DNA of 64,000 bases from Bacteroidales bacterium (GCA_036655355.1 JAVVQG010000015.1:7406-71405); one strand, 5' to 3'; numbered from the stretch's first letter, positions 29,788-39,513 are shown. The notes: generated by a model not told the origin, from the sequence alone. Numbers and translations are program-made.

Positions 29788-31053
29788 ATGAAATTAAACA
29801 AAGGCTTACCTCTTTTCGCATATTGTCTCCTTTCCGTATTCCTTCTATTTAGTTGCGGGAAAAAGAATCGAGTATCTGAAGAAACAAAAGAGGACGTAAT
29901 AACAGAACTTACGAAATCGACTCTGCCAATAACAAATAGTATTTTTTATCTTGAGAATTCCGGAAGCATGCTAGGTTATGTGGCTACCGGGGGCTCTGAC
30001 TTTGTTCGCTCTGTCGCGGAAATCGTTTCTAAATCAGACTTTAATGATACTGATAAAAAATATTTCTTAATCAATGCAGTAACTACACCTCTTGGTGATA
30101 GCAAGCAGAAATTTAATCAAGCTTTATCCCCGACAGGAATGAGGCAAGGTAATATTGCAGATAGTGATTTAGTTAAAATGATATCTCAAGTAATGAATCA
30201 CGCAAATGATTCTTCTATAAGTATCCTTATTACAGATGCTATATTCTCAATACAAAACAAATCAAAATCGCTGATAGAAAATCAACTAATTACAAAAAGT
30301 GGAGACACAAAAACCGAATTCTACAACATGCTTTCCAAATGGGATATGCAGACCATATTAATTAAAATGAATTCGCACTTTAAAGGAAACTATTACACAG
30401 CGAGTGGTAGTCGCATAGCCGTTGACCATAATAGGCCTTATTATATCTGGATCTTTGGGCCTTCTGCACATCTTTCAACGGTATTTAACAGCAATTATAT
30501 AGAAACACTTCCGGGTTATGAGGCGATGAGTAGATTCTTATTATTAGATAAAGAGAATGAAGTGAATTTTGCCATTGTAAACAATAACCGAAAAGGAAAA
30601 TTCAAACAATCAAAAAAGGATCCAGCACTTCTTACTTTTGAAGGACGTGACCGTAACACGAAAGAATTTCAATTTTCAGTGGCCATTGATTTATCTCATA
30701 TTCCTTGTTCGAATGAATACTTTAAAGATCCCATGAACTATTCTATAAGCTCAAATTATGAGTTAATAGAAATTGCGGAAACTACGGATGTCAAGTTTAC
30801 TCAAAAACTGAGCTTTACCCCAACCCATTTACTGACCTTTCGAGCAACCCAGACTCCATTCGGGGAATTATCAGTGGCGTTGTTATCTGACCGGAATAAA
30901 TGGGTTGAAGAATCTAGCAACATCGACGATTCGATAGTTGATTCATATTCAACTTTTGGTTTCAGCTATTTAGTAGAAGGTGTACGCCGAGCATATCACG
31001 AAAAACAGGGAGACTCGAATCTTCTAAACTTCAAAATAACAGTTAACAAATAA
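29788..31053 (+). CDS. Island gene 1: lipoprotein with vWA-like domain (variant MIDAS E-N-S-G-S)
   Basis: The track ORF starts at 29614. The ATG at 29788 gives a lipoprotein signal MKLNKGLPLFAYCLLSVFLLFSCGKK. IFYLENSGSM (motif at 29953..29967) followed later by SISILITDAIFS resembles the vWA strand/MIDAS pattern (DxSGS...TDG). The family assignment is by eye only. Confidence 0.55.
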   Translation: MKLNKGLPLFAYCLLSVFLLFSCGKKNRVSEETKEDVITELTKSTLPITNSIFYLENSGSMLGYVATGGSDFVRSVAEIVSKSDFNDTDKKYFLINAVTTPLGDSKQKFNQALSPTGMRQGNIADSDLVKMISQVMNHANDSSISILITDAIFSIQNKSKSLIENQLITKSGDTKTEFYNMLSKWDMQTILIKMNSHFKGNYYTASGSRIAVDHNRPYYIWIFGPSAHLSTVFNSNYIETLPGYEAMSRFLLLDKENEVNFAIVNNNRKGKFKQSKKDPALLTFEGRDRNTKEFQFSVAIDLSHIPCSNEYFKDPMNYSISSNYELIEIAETTDVKFTQKLSFTPTHLLTFRATQTPFGELSVALLSDRNKWVEESSNIDDSIVDSYSTFGFSYLVEGVRRAYHEKQGDSNLLNFKITVNK

Positions 31054-31062
31054 ACAAATACA

Positions 31063-31494
31063 ATGAACGATCTATTTGCAACAGTTTATGAATTGTGGAT
31101 ATACAATCAAGATTATCAGGATATTTTCCAAACTATGTATGATGGAAATGACGGATTATTTTCGCATTATTCCTTGATAGGCCTTCTAACACTCTTTGTG
31201 TCATTATCTGCAGCGATTATCTTCTATTTCTTGATACGTTACCCTTACACCAAGATATGGCATTGGCTTCTTTATGCATTCGGCATTGGGGTATTTTTAG
31301 TGGGAGGAATCACATATGGTTATCTACAGGAGTCTTTGATTGAGTTTACCCAGGATTCAGAAATGTCTGATATTACAAACCGAATAATCCTGAACTATTC
31401 GGTATATAACACAGTGGCCTTTTTATTATTTTTCACAGGATTGAGTCTCGTGTTAAAAAGAGTAAGCAAACATCAATACCATTTACCTTTTTAA
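31063..31494 (+). CDS. Island gene 2: small polytopic membrane protein
   Basis: 143-aa ORF with three clear hydrophobic spans (LIGLLTLFVSLSAAIIFYFLI, WHWLLYAFGIGVFLVGGITYGYL, VYNTVAFLLFFTGLSLVL). It starts 9 nt after gene 1. Confidence 0.7.
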   Translation: MNDLFATVYELWIYNQDYQDIFQTMYDGNDGLFSHYSLIGLLTLFVSLSAAIIFYFLIRYPYTKIWHWLLYAFGIGVFLVGGITYGYLQESLIEFTQDSEMSDITNRIILNYSVYNTVAFLLFFTGLSLVLKRVSKHQYHLPF

Positions 31495-31513
31495 ACTTAT
31501 TGAACTTTTTTAT

Positions 31514-32920
31514 ATGGCAAAAATATATTTATTCGCTATTGGGGGTACGGGGTCACGCGTACTTAAAGCACTTACTTTGTTATTTGCATCGGGATGTAAA
31601 TTACCAAATGGTTTTGACACTGTGGTCCCAATCATTCTGGACCCAGATTTACAAAATGGAGATATGAATCGAACGTGTGACATCATCGGTTATTATCGGA
31701 ATATCCGTAAATCGATGGAAGTACCTAACGACTTTTTTTCTCAAAAAATTGAAGCACTCAAAGCGGAGAATGGAGTGAATGAAAAGATCTTATTCTCTAT
31801 CAATACACAAGAACAAGACTTTTCTAGTTTCATAGATTATAACTTACAAACAAAAGAAGATAAGCATTTTCTGAATCTCCTATTTTCTCAGAACAATCTT
31901 GATTCAGACCTTTCGGTAGGCTTTAAGGGTAATCCGAATATGGGAGCAGTCGTATTAAATAGGTTTATTGAGTCGGATGATTTTGCAAATTTCATAAATG
32001 CCTTCCAATCCAACGACGCCATTTTCATCGTCAGTTCTATTTTTGGAGGGACTGGTGCAGCAGGATTTCCTTTGGTATTAAAGACTCTTCGCTCAGATTT
32101 ACATGGAAAGCCAGAGATCAAAAATGCCAAGATTGGAGCCATTTCTCTCCAACCCTATTTTAATGTAGAAATCAATGCAGAAAGTGCCATTGATTCTTCG
32201 ACTTTTAACGAAAAGGCAAAGGTGGCTCTAGAGTATTATAAACGTACCATTCACCAAACAAATTTGTTGGAGTGTCTCTATTTAATTGGATATGATAGTC
32301 CAACTCCCATCCCTAATTCAGACGGTGCAGCCACCCAAAAGAATAAGGCCAACTTCATCGAAATGGCAGCAGCTCTCTCACTATTCGATTTTTGTAAATC
32401 TATTGACAGGGTGGATCGACATATTGAATCGGAAATTCGAGAATTTGGAGTGGAAGATGACACATTGCCTTATTCTTTTACTTCATTAAACAGAATTGAC
32501 TATGATGTTGTGGCTGAAAATATGGCCAAATTCAAATTAATGAGCAATTACTTGAATTCCGATAATAAAAAGACTTCTTGGCGGAAATATTTTGAAGAGA
32601 ACTTCTTTCATGAAACTGATTATTCGAATCTACGAAAGGTATTCGAAAATTATGAAGAATGGCTTCAAGAGATGTCACTTAGCCACCCTGAATTCAAACC
32701 ATTCCAAGAAGTTGAAGAGAGTAAAGCGATGAATTTCATTGTTGGAAAATCATGTAAAAGCAGTTTTCTAGGATTTGGGGGAACTACCAATTATCAGGAA
32801 CTGGACACACAACTGAATGAGTTTATCAAGAAGAGTGAAGAGAAAGCGTTATTTCCAAAGTTTGTAAAAATGTTTGACGGAGCAACTGAATCTACGCTTC
32901 AAAAAAAGAAATTGATTTAA
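31514..32920 (+). CDS. Island gene 3: divergent tubulin/FtsZ-superfamily GTPase (Tubulin_2-like)
   Basis: 468-aa ORF with an N-terminal glycine loop LFAIGGTGSRVLKAL and the tubulin-signature-like SSIFGGTGAAGFP (GGTGAAG at 32045..32065). There is no P-loop GK[ST]. Confidence 0.6.
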   Translation: MAKIYLFAIGGTGSRVLKALTLLFASGCKLPNGFDTVVPIILDPDLQNGDMNRTCDIIGYYRNIRKSMEVPNDFFSQKIEALKAENGVNEKILFSINTQEQDFSSFIDYNLQTKEDKHFLNLLFSQNNLDSDLSVGFKGNPNMGAVVLNRFIESDDFANFINAFQSNDAIFIVSSIFGGTGAAGFPLVLKTLRSDLHGKPEIKNAKIGAISLQPYFNVEINAESAIDSSTFNEKAKVALEYYKRTIHQTNLLECLYLIGYDSPTPIPNSDGAATQKNKANFIEMAAALSLFDFCKSIDRVDRHIESEIREFGVEDDTLPYSFTSLNRIDYDVVAENMAKFKLMSNYLNSDNKKTSWRKYFEENFFHETDYSNLRKVFENYEEWLQEMSLSHPEFKPFQEVEESKAMNFIVGKSCKSSFLGFGGTTNYQELDTQLNEFIKKSEEKALFPKFVKMFDGATESTLQKKKLI

Positions 32921-32921
32921 T

Positions 32922-35900
32922 ATGGCCAAAAAGACTCTACGACTACATAATTATGCCCAACATAACAGTGGATGGCATACTAGCATTTTCCCTCCCCAGG
33001 ATACTGTAAACGGGATTATGTCAAATTGCGACGTAATAGCGACGTCTATACCGTCACCGTTTGCGCAGTTTGATCTTATAAAATCAGCTTTTGAACTTGT
33101 TGTACGTAATAGATGTGTACAAGGAGATACCCCTCAACATCGTTTGATTTCTTATACCCTAGATGTTGCTCAACTATTTTATCTCTCAGAGAGATATAAA
33201 GAAATTTTAAAAATAATTCCTTGGAGATGCTCAAATTTGAATGAATTGGCCGACAATGAAACGTTGCGAAATTCGCTACAGGCATATTGGGATCAAGATG
33301 AAGAAGTTTATGATTTTAATCGAGTTGATGAGCTTTTTTTCTTGCTATATGACAATACAATTGTTGGCAGTACATCTCCCACCACCATGTTTGTGCCTTC
33401 GCCGGATGTGCCAATGTTGGGAATAGATCTAAGATCAGGAACACACACCTTCTTTAAAGAGATTCGTTCCTTGGAAGAGCGTGACGATGATTTTATTTTA
33501 TATTTCTATCATTTAGTGAATCAAGATCACCGTACGCTAAAAATGCCCGAATTGCGTAAATATCTAGATTTCATTTTAAAAGACAAAACACTCTTAGATC
33601 GAACTGTTCGTAATAAAATAGTGAATGGAGAATTTCCAGAATATTCTCCTTGTACGGTAGCTACAACCCATCTTTGTATAGTTGGTCCACATACGTTAGG
33701 ATTAACCATGCCTAAATGTGATAGTATTCAGGAGGAGAGCGATTTCATCATCAAGCCCGATTTTGAAACAAATGAATCTTTAATTCCCATGGTTCTTCCT
33801 AATAAAGCATTTAACTCTCGATGGGTGTATACAACTAAAGGGGTAAACTGGGAATATACAAATATGGCGCCTGAGACCGGAGGTGATGTACTTCCTTTCT
33901 TAGGGGAACCCTATCCTTGGTTGGGAATTGGGGATTTTCTTGAAGACAAACTAATCCGTATTCCCTATTCAATTGATCATGAACATTTCTTCTCAGCTAA
34001 GAACTCAAAAGGTGAAAATCTAAATGTTCTATTGCCACTTAAAGAGGTTTTCTTCAAATACTTTAGCGCTGATTATCTGAATCGATATATAACTATTTCG
34101 GAAGGAATTAACAAATCTATTACAGTAAGATTGAATATTCCTACTCGAAAGGGCATAGTTAGTTTGGAGAAAACCTACAATATAGCTGATATTGATTCAT
34201 GGGCCGGAGATATTGCAATTTTACCATTTTATAAATCGGTGAATCCGGACATCAACATTCAGTATAAATTTGGAGTGATTGATGGTGAAACCAATAAAGG
34301 TGCAACCGTACCAGAATTTTCTTTATTGAATAAAGGACACCGTATTGAGAATATTAACTCCACGGTTCGCTTAGATGGGGTAATTTCCTCTTTTTATTCT
34401 GCTTTTTCTAATTATCAAGGCGATTTTGACGTAATTATCATTCGTAAAAACAAATTACAAGGAGTAATCGTTCCTCTTCTCAAAACTTACCAGGGAACCG
34501 GCAACGGCATGGACGCTTCCATTGATTTTGGCACAACGAACACCCATATCGAATGTAAAATCGGGGAAAAGATTTCTGAATTGGCATATGATGAGAATAG
34601 TGCTCTTTACAAAACATTCTTGAAAGATGATGCGATGCATATTCAGAGCCAACAACGCTATTTGGAACACCAACTCGTGCCTCTTCAAGTGGGCAAAAAG
34701 GAAGAAGGTAGCGTATCGTTCCCACTCCGTAGTGCCCTTTTGATTAATAAGAACAAAAGCATACATACAAATCAGATTCCTTTCCAAGATGCAAATGCCC
34801 ATTTATTGCATAATGAAATTATTGAATCGGGAATATTCACATCAGTGACTAATCTAAAATGGGAAAATTTTGATAATGAAGAGGCGAGAGAACGTCTTAA
34901 TGTTTACCTAGGAAGTATCCTACATTTAATTTATTACAAGGCGATTTCTACCAATAGCGACCTTAGAGCAATTAATATTACATGGTTTTACCCCGTTAGT
35001 TTGTCTGTGAATAATCTTCAGATTATGGAACAAACATGGTCGAACAAATTTAAAGCGCTTTTCCCCGCTTCTGACATCAATCGATTAAGTAAGATTACGG
35101 AAAGTATTGCACCTTATTATTATTACCGTAAGCATGGTAATCAAGTGATGGGGTTGTCGGCCTCCATTGATATTGGTGGGGGATCTGCTGATCTTGCCAT
35201 CTTCGATGGAAAGATACAGAACAATAATACCCCAATCACCATCTCTTCCTTCAAATTTGCCTGCAATGTAATTTTTGGAGACGGGTTCTCGGGAAGTCCT
35301 GATTCTAATGGTTTTGTTCAGTATTTTAAAGATAATATATCCAAGAAGGTCGATTCAAAACAACGCCAGAAACTGGAGTATATTCTTGAGAATAACGATT
35401 CTACCGAGTTTAGCAATTTCGCTTTCTCAATGCAGAATTATAATTATCTGGAAGAAATTCGTTATACAAGCGACATCAAACTTTGTGTATTGATATATTA
35501 TGCTGCAGTGATCTATTACCTCGCCCAGTTCATGAAGCGCAACGGAAATGATATTCCAAGAAACCTAATGTTTAGTGGTAATGGTTCCAAAACATTGGAG
35601 ATTCTTGACTGTTCGCCAAACAAAGCGATTATTGGCAAACTATTTACAGGAATTTTCTCTCACGTTTTCAATAAAAAGACAGATCAGTTGATTCGTGTTA
35701 TTACCGATGAAGATCCGAAAGTGTTAACCTGTAAGGGTGCTCTTTCTATTAATCAGAATAATGTGCGTAACACTAATTCAGGGGAAGAGAACGCAGGAAT
35801 CATTTCAACTGAACTCAAACATTGGATTGGAGGTATAAATGAAGAGAGAACGGATAGGATTGTTTTAGCTAACGATTTTAATGACCTCTTTGCCTATAAT

Positions 35901-36203
35901 GAAATTGAGAATTCCCATATTAACTCTGTACTCCATTCAGTTAAAGACTTTTATCAGATGTGTGATTCATGTTTTTCACGAGAGTGTGAAATCACCAATA
36001 ATTTTGGAATTGACAAATCAGCGTACGCTTGTTTTGAAGATATCCGGAATATAGATTTAAAAGATTATCTGGAACGTGGTATTGAAGATGCTCAGTCAAG
36101 AGAAGGAATTAAAGCTCCTTTAAGCCAGACACTATTCTTCTATCCTTTGATTGGAGTATTGGCTAATTTAGCGGCTACAATAAATTCGAATAAAACGAAA
36201 TAA
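32922..36203 (+). CDS. Island gene 4: 1093-aa protein with C-terminal actin/Hsp70-fold (ASKHA) ATPase module and an unassigned ~500-aa N-terminal region
   Basis: Phosphate-1-like DASIDFGTTNT (34524..34544), phosphate-2-like SIDIGGGSADLAIFD (35169..35192), and adenosine-like LMFSGNGSKT. It starts 1 nt after the gene 3 stop. Confidence 0.6.
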   Translation: MAKKTLRLHNYAQHNSGWHTSIFPPQDTVNGIMSNCDVIATSIPSPFAQFDLIKSAFELVVRNRCVQGDTPQHRLISYTLDVAQLFYLSERYKEILKIIPWRCSNLNELADNETLRNSLQAYWDQDEEVYDFNRVDELFFLLYDNTIVGSTSPTTMFVPSPDVPMLGIDLRSGTHTFFKEIRSLEERDDDFILYFYHLVNQDHRTLKMPELRKYLDFILKDKTLLDRTVRNKIVNGEFPEYSPCTVATTHLCIVGPHTLGLTMPKCDSIQEESDFIIKPDFETNESLIPMVLPNKAFNSRWVYTTKGVNWEYTNMAPETGGDVLPFLGEPYPWLGIGDFLEDKLIRIPYSIDHEHFFSAKNSKGENLNVLLPLKEVFFKYFSADYLNRYITISEGINKSITVRLNIPTRKGIVSLEKTYNIADIDSWAGDIAILPFYKSVNPDINIQYKFGVIDGETNKGATVPEFSLLNKGHRIENINSTVRLDGVISSFYSAFSNYQGDFDVIIIRKNKLQGVIVPLLKTYQGTGNGMDASIDFGTTNTHIECKIGEKISELAYDENSALYKTFLKDDAMHIQSQQRYLEHQLVPLQVGKKEEGSVSFPLRSALLINKNKSIHTNQIPFQDANAHLLHNEIIESGIFTSVTNLKWENFDNEEARERLNVYLGSILHLIYYKAISTNSDLRAINITWFYPVSLSVNNLQIMEQTWSNKFKALFPASDINRLSKITESIAPYYYYRKHGNQVMGLSASIDIGGGSADLAIFDGKIQNNNTPITISSFKFACNVIFGDGFSGSPDSNGFVQYFKDNISKKVDSKQRQKLEYILENNDSTEFSNFAFSMQNYNYLEEIRYTSDIKLCVLIYYAAVIYYLAQFMKRNGNDIPRNLMFSGNGSKTLEILDCSPNKAIIGKLFTGIFSHVFNKKTDQLIRVITDEDPKVLTCKGALSINQNNVRNTNSGEENAGIISTELKHWIGGINEERTDRIVLANDFNDLFAYNEIENSHINSVLHSVKDFYQMCDSCFSRECEITNNFGIDKSAYACFEDIRNIDLKDYLERGIEDAQSREGIKAPLSQTLFFYPLIGVLANLAATINSNKTK

Positions 36204-36213
36204 GCACCCATTC

Positions 36214-36852
36214 ATGAAGAATATTTTTAGATCTTCTAAGAAGAACATTGAAATCCTTGACGATGAGAAAATGGTCAATAAAACATGTCAGGATCAGAAT
36301 GATATAAAAGAGTTGAAATCTCAGATATCCAATCTAAACTCACACATAATCAGCTTAAAAAGAGAAATCTATGAGGTTCGAAACATTGCTTCCGAATTGA
36401 AAGAGTGTTTGGATTATTTAAGATCTATTCCCGGGGAAAAACTCTCCGGGAAACCTATTACGATATCTTCGAAAGAGAATAGCCAGGATTTTGTTCTTGT
36501 ATCCTCTCAATCTCTTATAACTGAGAAAAACACTCCTGAAAAATATAAATTTATCAGTGTACCTTCGTACACTAAGGAGGTGGTTCCCTGTGATCATTTT
36601 GTAGGCCGCGATCATTATTATGAAATCATATTCGATCAACTGAGTGAAAACAAAGCATTTTTTAGAGTATCTCCAAAAGCTGACTTTCAGCGAATGTTGG
36701 GCTTGCCTGATACTTATATTTCGGAGGCATGCGACTCTATAAATGATGCATTGGGTAACTTAAGCAAAGTTGAGACCATTCAAAGGGGTGAACTTGAAAA
36801 AACGCCGAAGGGGTGGCGTCTGACAAAGAAAGCCCAAATCAAATTTATTTAA
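36214..36852 (+). CDS. Island gene 5: coiled-coil protein with C-terminal domain shared with gene 6
   Basis: 212-aa ORF with heptad-like IKELKSQISNLNSHIISLKREIYEVRNIASELKE. Its C-terminal ~90 aa align by eye with the C-terminus of gene 6. Confidence 0.6.
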   Translation: MKNIFRSSKKNIEILDDEKMVNKTCQDQNDIKELKSQISNLNSHIISLKREIYEVRNIASELKECLDYLRSIPGEKLSGKPITISSKENSQDFVLVSSQSLITEKNTPEKYKFISVPSYTKEVVPCDHFVGRDHYYEIIFDQLSENKAFFRVSPKADFQRMLGLPDTYISEACDSINDALGNLSKVETIQRGELEKTPKGWRLTKKAQIKFI

Positions 36853-36862
36853 AATAGAATCA

Positions 36863-38797
36863 ATGCAATTATTAGAATATCTTATCATCGGAGCTATTAT
36901 TATTTATCAGTTTGTTTTTTCATTTAAATTGATTCGAAATATATCTCTCTACAAATTCTTATTTAAAAATGAAGTATCAATTCTCTCATATGAGAAAACG
37001 GCACCCAAACTCATCGCAGATTCCGATAATTTGTATCTCGAGCGTATTATTACTCCTTTGAACCGTTACCTGACGGCAAATTTTGGAGCAGCCCTAAACT
37101 TCACAATTATCAAGGATATTATTGACCGTGAAGTCGATTTGCGTGAAGAGGAAATTTCACAAAAACTGCCTGTCCCTCTGTATCTCGGGCTCGCAGCTAC
37201 GATGGTCGGAATTATTTGTGGGTTAATATCGATGGATGTCTCTGCTAACGAGGTTACATCTTCAATTTCGGGATTGATTTGGAGCGTTATGGTAGCAATG
37301 TTTGCAAGTCTTTGCGGGTTGGCTTGGACTACAATATTAACTTCATTTATTTATAAAGAGGCTCGAATCACAGTAGCTTCAGGAAAAGCCGATTTGTTAA
37401 ACCTCTTGCAAACCGATCTTATTCCAGAAATTAATAAAGCAGATGATAGTGAATTAAATGGCTTGAAAACCTGTTTAAATGAATTTTCTCGTCAATCTAC
37501 CTATATGATTGTGGAACTTAAAGCCATTGGCGAACAGACTGCTAGGGTAATGACCGATCAGAAAGCGATTATTAACAAAGTAGAGAATCTAGATATAAAC
37601 AAGATTGCAAAATATAATCTGGAAGTCTTTGAGAAAATAGATAATAGCTTCGAGGCCTTAAACCAATTCTCCGGTTATTTAGGGGAATTAAATAAAGTTG
37701 CAAATAAGTTAACTCATTTCGCTGAGAGCATCGATCAAGTAGAAACACTTATTCAAAATATTGATGCCAATACAACTCATTCGAATAAGTTGACTCAGTT
37801 TCTATCCACTCATCTAACAGAAATAGATAAAGTTAGTACTCAGACACAAAACGCTCTTGTTAAGTCTAATAACGATATAAGTCGTGTTATGGACGAATTA
37901 TACAAAGAGATTGGTATGCGAATGGATGGATTAAGTAATAATGCCTCTAATTTCGGGGTTGCGATGGAAGAGCATTCACGATTGCTGTATGAAGGAATGG
38001 AGAAAGTAGCCAAAGCAAATGCGGATCATCTAAGTTCTGTCTTAGTGGAATTTACACCGGACTTCAGACCTCTTGGGCAACTGAATCATCTTCATGAGGG
38101 GATTGAGACGCTCTCCAAATTGATGGCTGAAACCCTTAGAAAATTGGAAGATAGATTACTTCCGGATGTTGAGTCTATTAAGAAATCGAATGAAAGACTA
38201 GTCAATCCCGCTGCATTGTATGGGAACTCTCATGCGGGAGGATATATAAAGCCTGAGAAGAAAGAGGTTCATACAACCCCGCAAAATCACACGAGCATTC
38301 CAAATTCGATGAACATAGAGAACCTTATAGGGTCTACAAGCTCGATAGAATCTCCTCCTCAGAATATTAAGAGTAACCCTAATAATTTGAGCAATGATTA
38401 TCAGAATCAAAATCGTGTATTACGGACTGTTACCTCTCCGGCACCCCCGCGCCCTATTTATGTGGAATGGCCTGAAAACAATGCCCTTATTGTAAAAATT
38501 GATTCTCTTGTATTTAATAAGGATAAGCACATCTTTATAATACAACCTGATATGCACAACCCCAATAAAGGAACTTTTGACCTTTGCCATTTTGAGAACC
38601 ATCGGTTCCTTACGAAAAACTACAAGAACCTAGAAATAGCCTGTAACCTAAAGGAGGTATCAAATAAGGATCAGACTTTAGAAACGATTTCAGTGGGAAG
38701 GGTGACACTGAAGGGTGAAAGATGGGAAATTGAGAATAAGTTAGAATTGAAAGGAAAAAATCCCGTAAGCGCAGTTGGTAAATTTTTTGGTAAATGA
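36863..38797 (+). CDS. Island gene 6: MotA/ExbB/TolQ-like membrane protein with long helical cytoplasmic tail (ZorA-like architecture)
   Basis: 644-aa ORF with three transmembrane spans in an ExbB-like arrangement. PLYLGLAATMVGIICGL and VAMFASLCGLAWTTILTSF resemble the MotA_ExbB channel helices. These are followed by ~250 aa of predicted helix/coiled coil, an N/S/P-rich linker, and a ~100-aa C-terminal domain. Confidence 0.6.
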   Translation: MQLLEYLIIGAIIIYQFVFSFKLIRNISLYKFLFKNEVSILSYEKTAPKLIADSDNLYLERIITPLNRYLTANFGAALNFTIIKDIIDREVDLREEEISQKLPVPLYLGLAATMVGIICGLISMDVSANEVTSSISGLIWSVMVAMFASLCGLAWTTILTSFIYKEARITVASGKADLLNLLQTDLIPEINKADDSELNGLKTCLNEFSRQSTYMIVELKAIGEQTARVMTDQKAIINKVENLDINKIAKYNLEVFEKIDNSFEALNQFSGYLGELNKVANKLTHFAESIDQVETLIQNIDANTTHSNKLTQFLSTHLTEIDKVSTQTQNALVKSNNDISRVMDELYKEIGMRMDGLSNNASNFGVAMEEHSRLLYEGMEKVAKANADHLSSVLVEFTPDFRPLGQLNHLHEGIETLSKLMAETLRKLEDRLLPDVESIKKSNERLVNPAALYGNSHAGGYIKPEKKEVHTTPQNHTSIPNSMNIENLIGSTSSIESPPQNIKSNPNNLSNDYQNQNRVLRTVTSPAPPRPIYVEWPENNALIVKIDSLVFNKDKHIFIIQPDMHNPNKGTFDLCHFENHRFLTKNYKNLEIACNLKEVSNKDQTLETISVGRVTLKGERWEIENKLELKGKNPVSAVGKFFGK

Positions 38798-39513
38798 AAA
38801 GATCAAGACAACATCTCTTAATGCTATTGTTTCTCTTACCCTCTACTCTACTTTTATTTAATTCTTGTACAGGATGTAGCCCTTCCGGGAGAAATCGGTC
38901 TAGGGACAAAGTGATAAATGAAGTGGTGAGACCGTCGAAAGGAGGTGCAAACGATAACAATCTATCAACCTTATATAAAAATACTTGTCCAGGAGTATTG
39001 TTGATTTATACCTCCACTGAAGAGGCCACACTGCAAGGGACCGGCTTTTTCATCGCCTCTAATGGAATAGCTGTGAGTAACTATCATGTTTTCAAGTCTA
39101 CGTTGGTAGGTAAAGAAACGGTTCGGACCATAGATGGAACTTCCTATAAGATAGAGAGGGTATTGGAATCGAACCAAAATTTGGATTATATAATTTTTCA
39201 ATTAAAGGATTGCCATAATAATTCCTTTCTCCGGATTGCCTCTAATGAACCCATTATAGGGGAAGATTTGTTTGCGGTCGGAAATCCTAAAGGTCTTGAA
39301 CTCACATTATCAAAAGGAATTGCTTCCTCCTTTCGTGAGGGTAAAAATCTTATCCAAACTACCACAGAAATTACTCATGGAAGCAGTGGAGGACCTTTGT
39401 TGAATATGAAAGGAGAAGTAGTAGGAATTACTACTTCCGGGTATGGAGAGGCAAATCTGAATTTTGCAATTAATATCCAAAAGCTTAATTTAAAACGATT
39501 TATCAGAGAATGA
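38794..39513 (+). CDS. Island gene 7: trypsin-like (S1/Trypsin_2) serine protease lipoprotein
   Basis: 239-aa ORF with lipobox LLLFNSC. The triad contexts are VSNYHVF, NLDYIIFQL and THGSSGGPL (Ser codon at 39385..39387). Its ATGA overlaps the gene 6 stop. Confidence 0.8.
   Translation: MKRSRQHLLMLLFLLPSTLLLFNSCTGCSPSGRNRSRDKVINEVVRPSKGGANDNNLSTLYKNTCPGVLLIYTSTEEATLQGTGFFIASNGIAVSNYHVFKSTLVGKETVRTIDGTSYKIERVLESNQNLDYIIFQLKDCHNNSFLRIASNEPIIGEDLFAVGNPKGLELTLSKGIASSFREGKNLIQTTTEITHGSSGGPLLNMKGEVVGITTSGYGEANLNFAINIQKLNLKRFIRE

Noticed and set aside
31514-32920. Gene 3 as a ParA/MinD-type or other P-loop NTPase.
   Set aside because: The N-terminal glycine loop is GGTGSR with no GK[ST]. A second GGTGAAG loop about 170 residues later fits the tubulin/FtsZ pattern, not Walker A/B.
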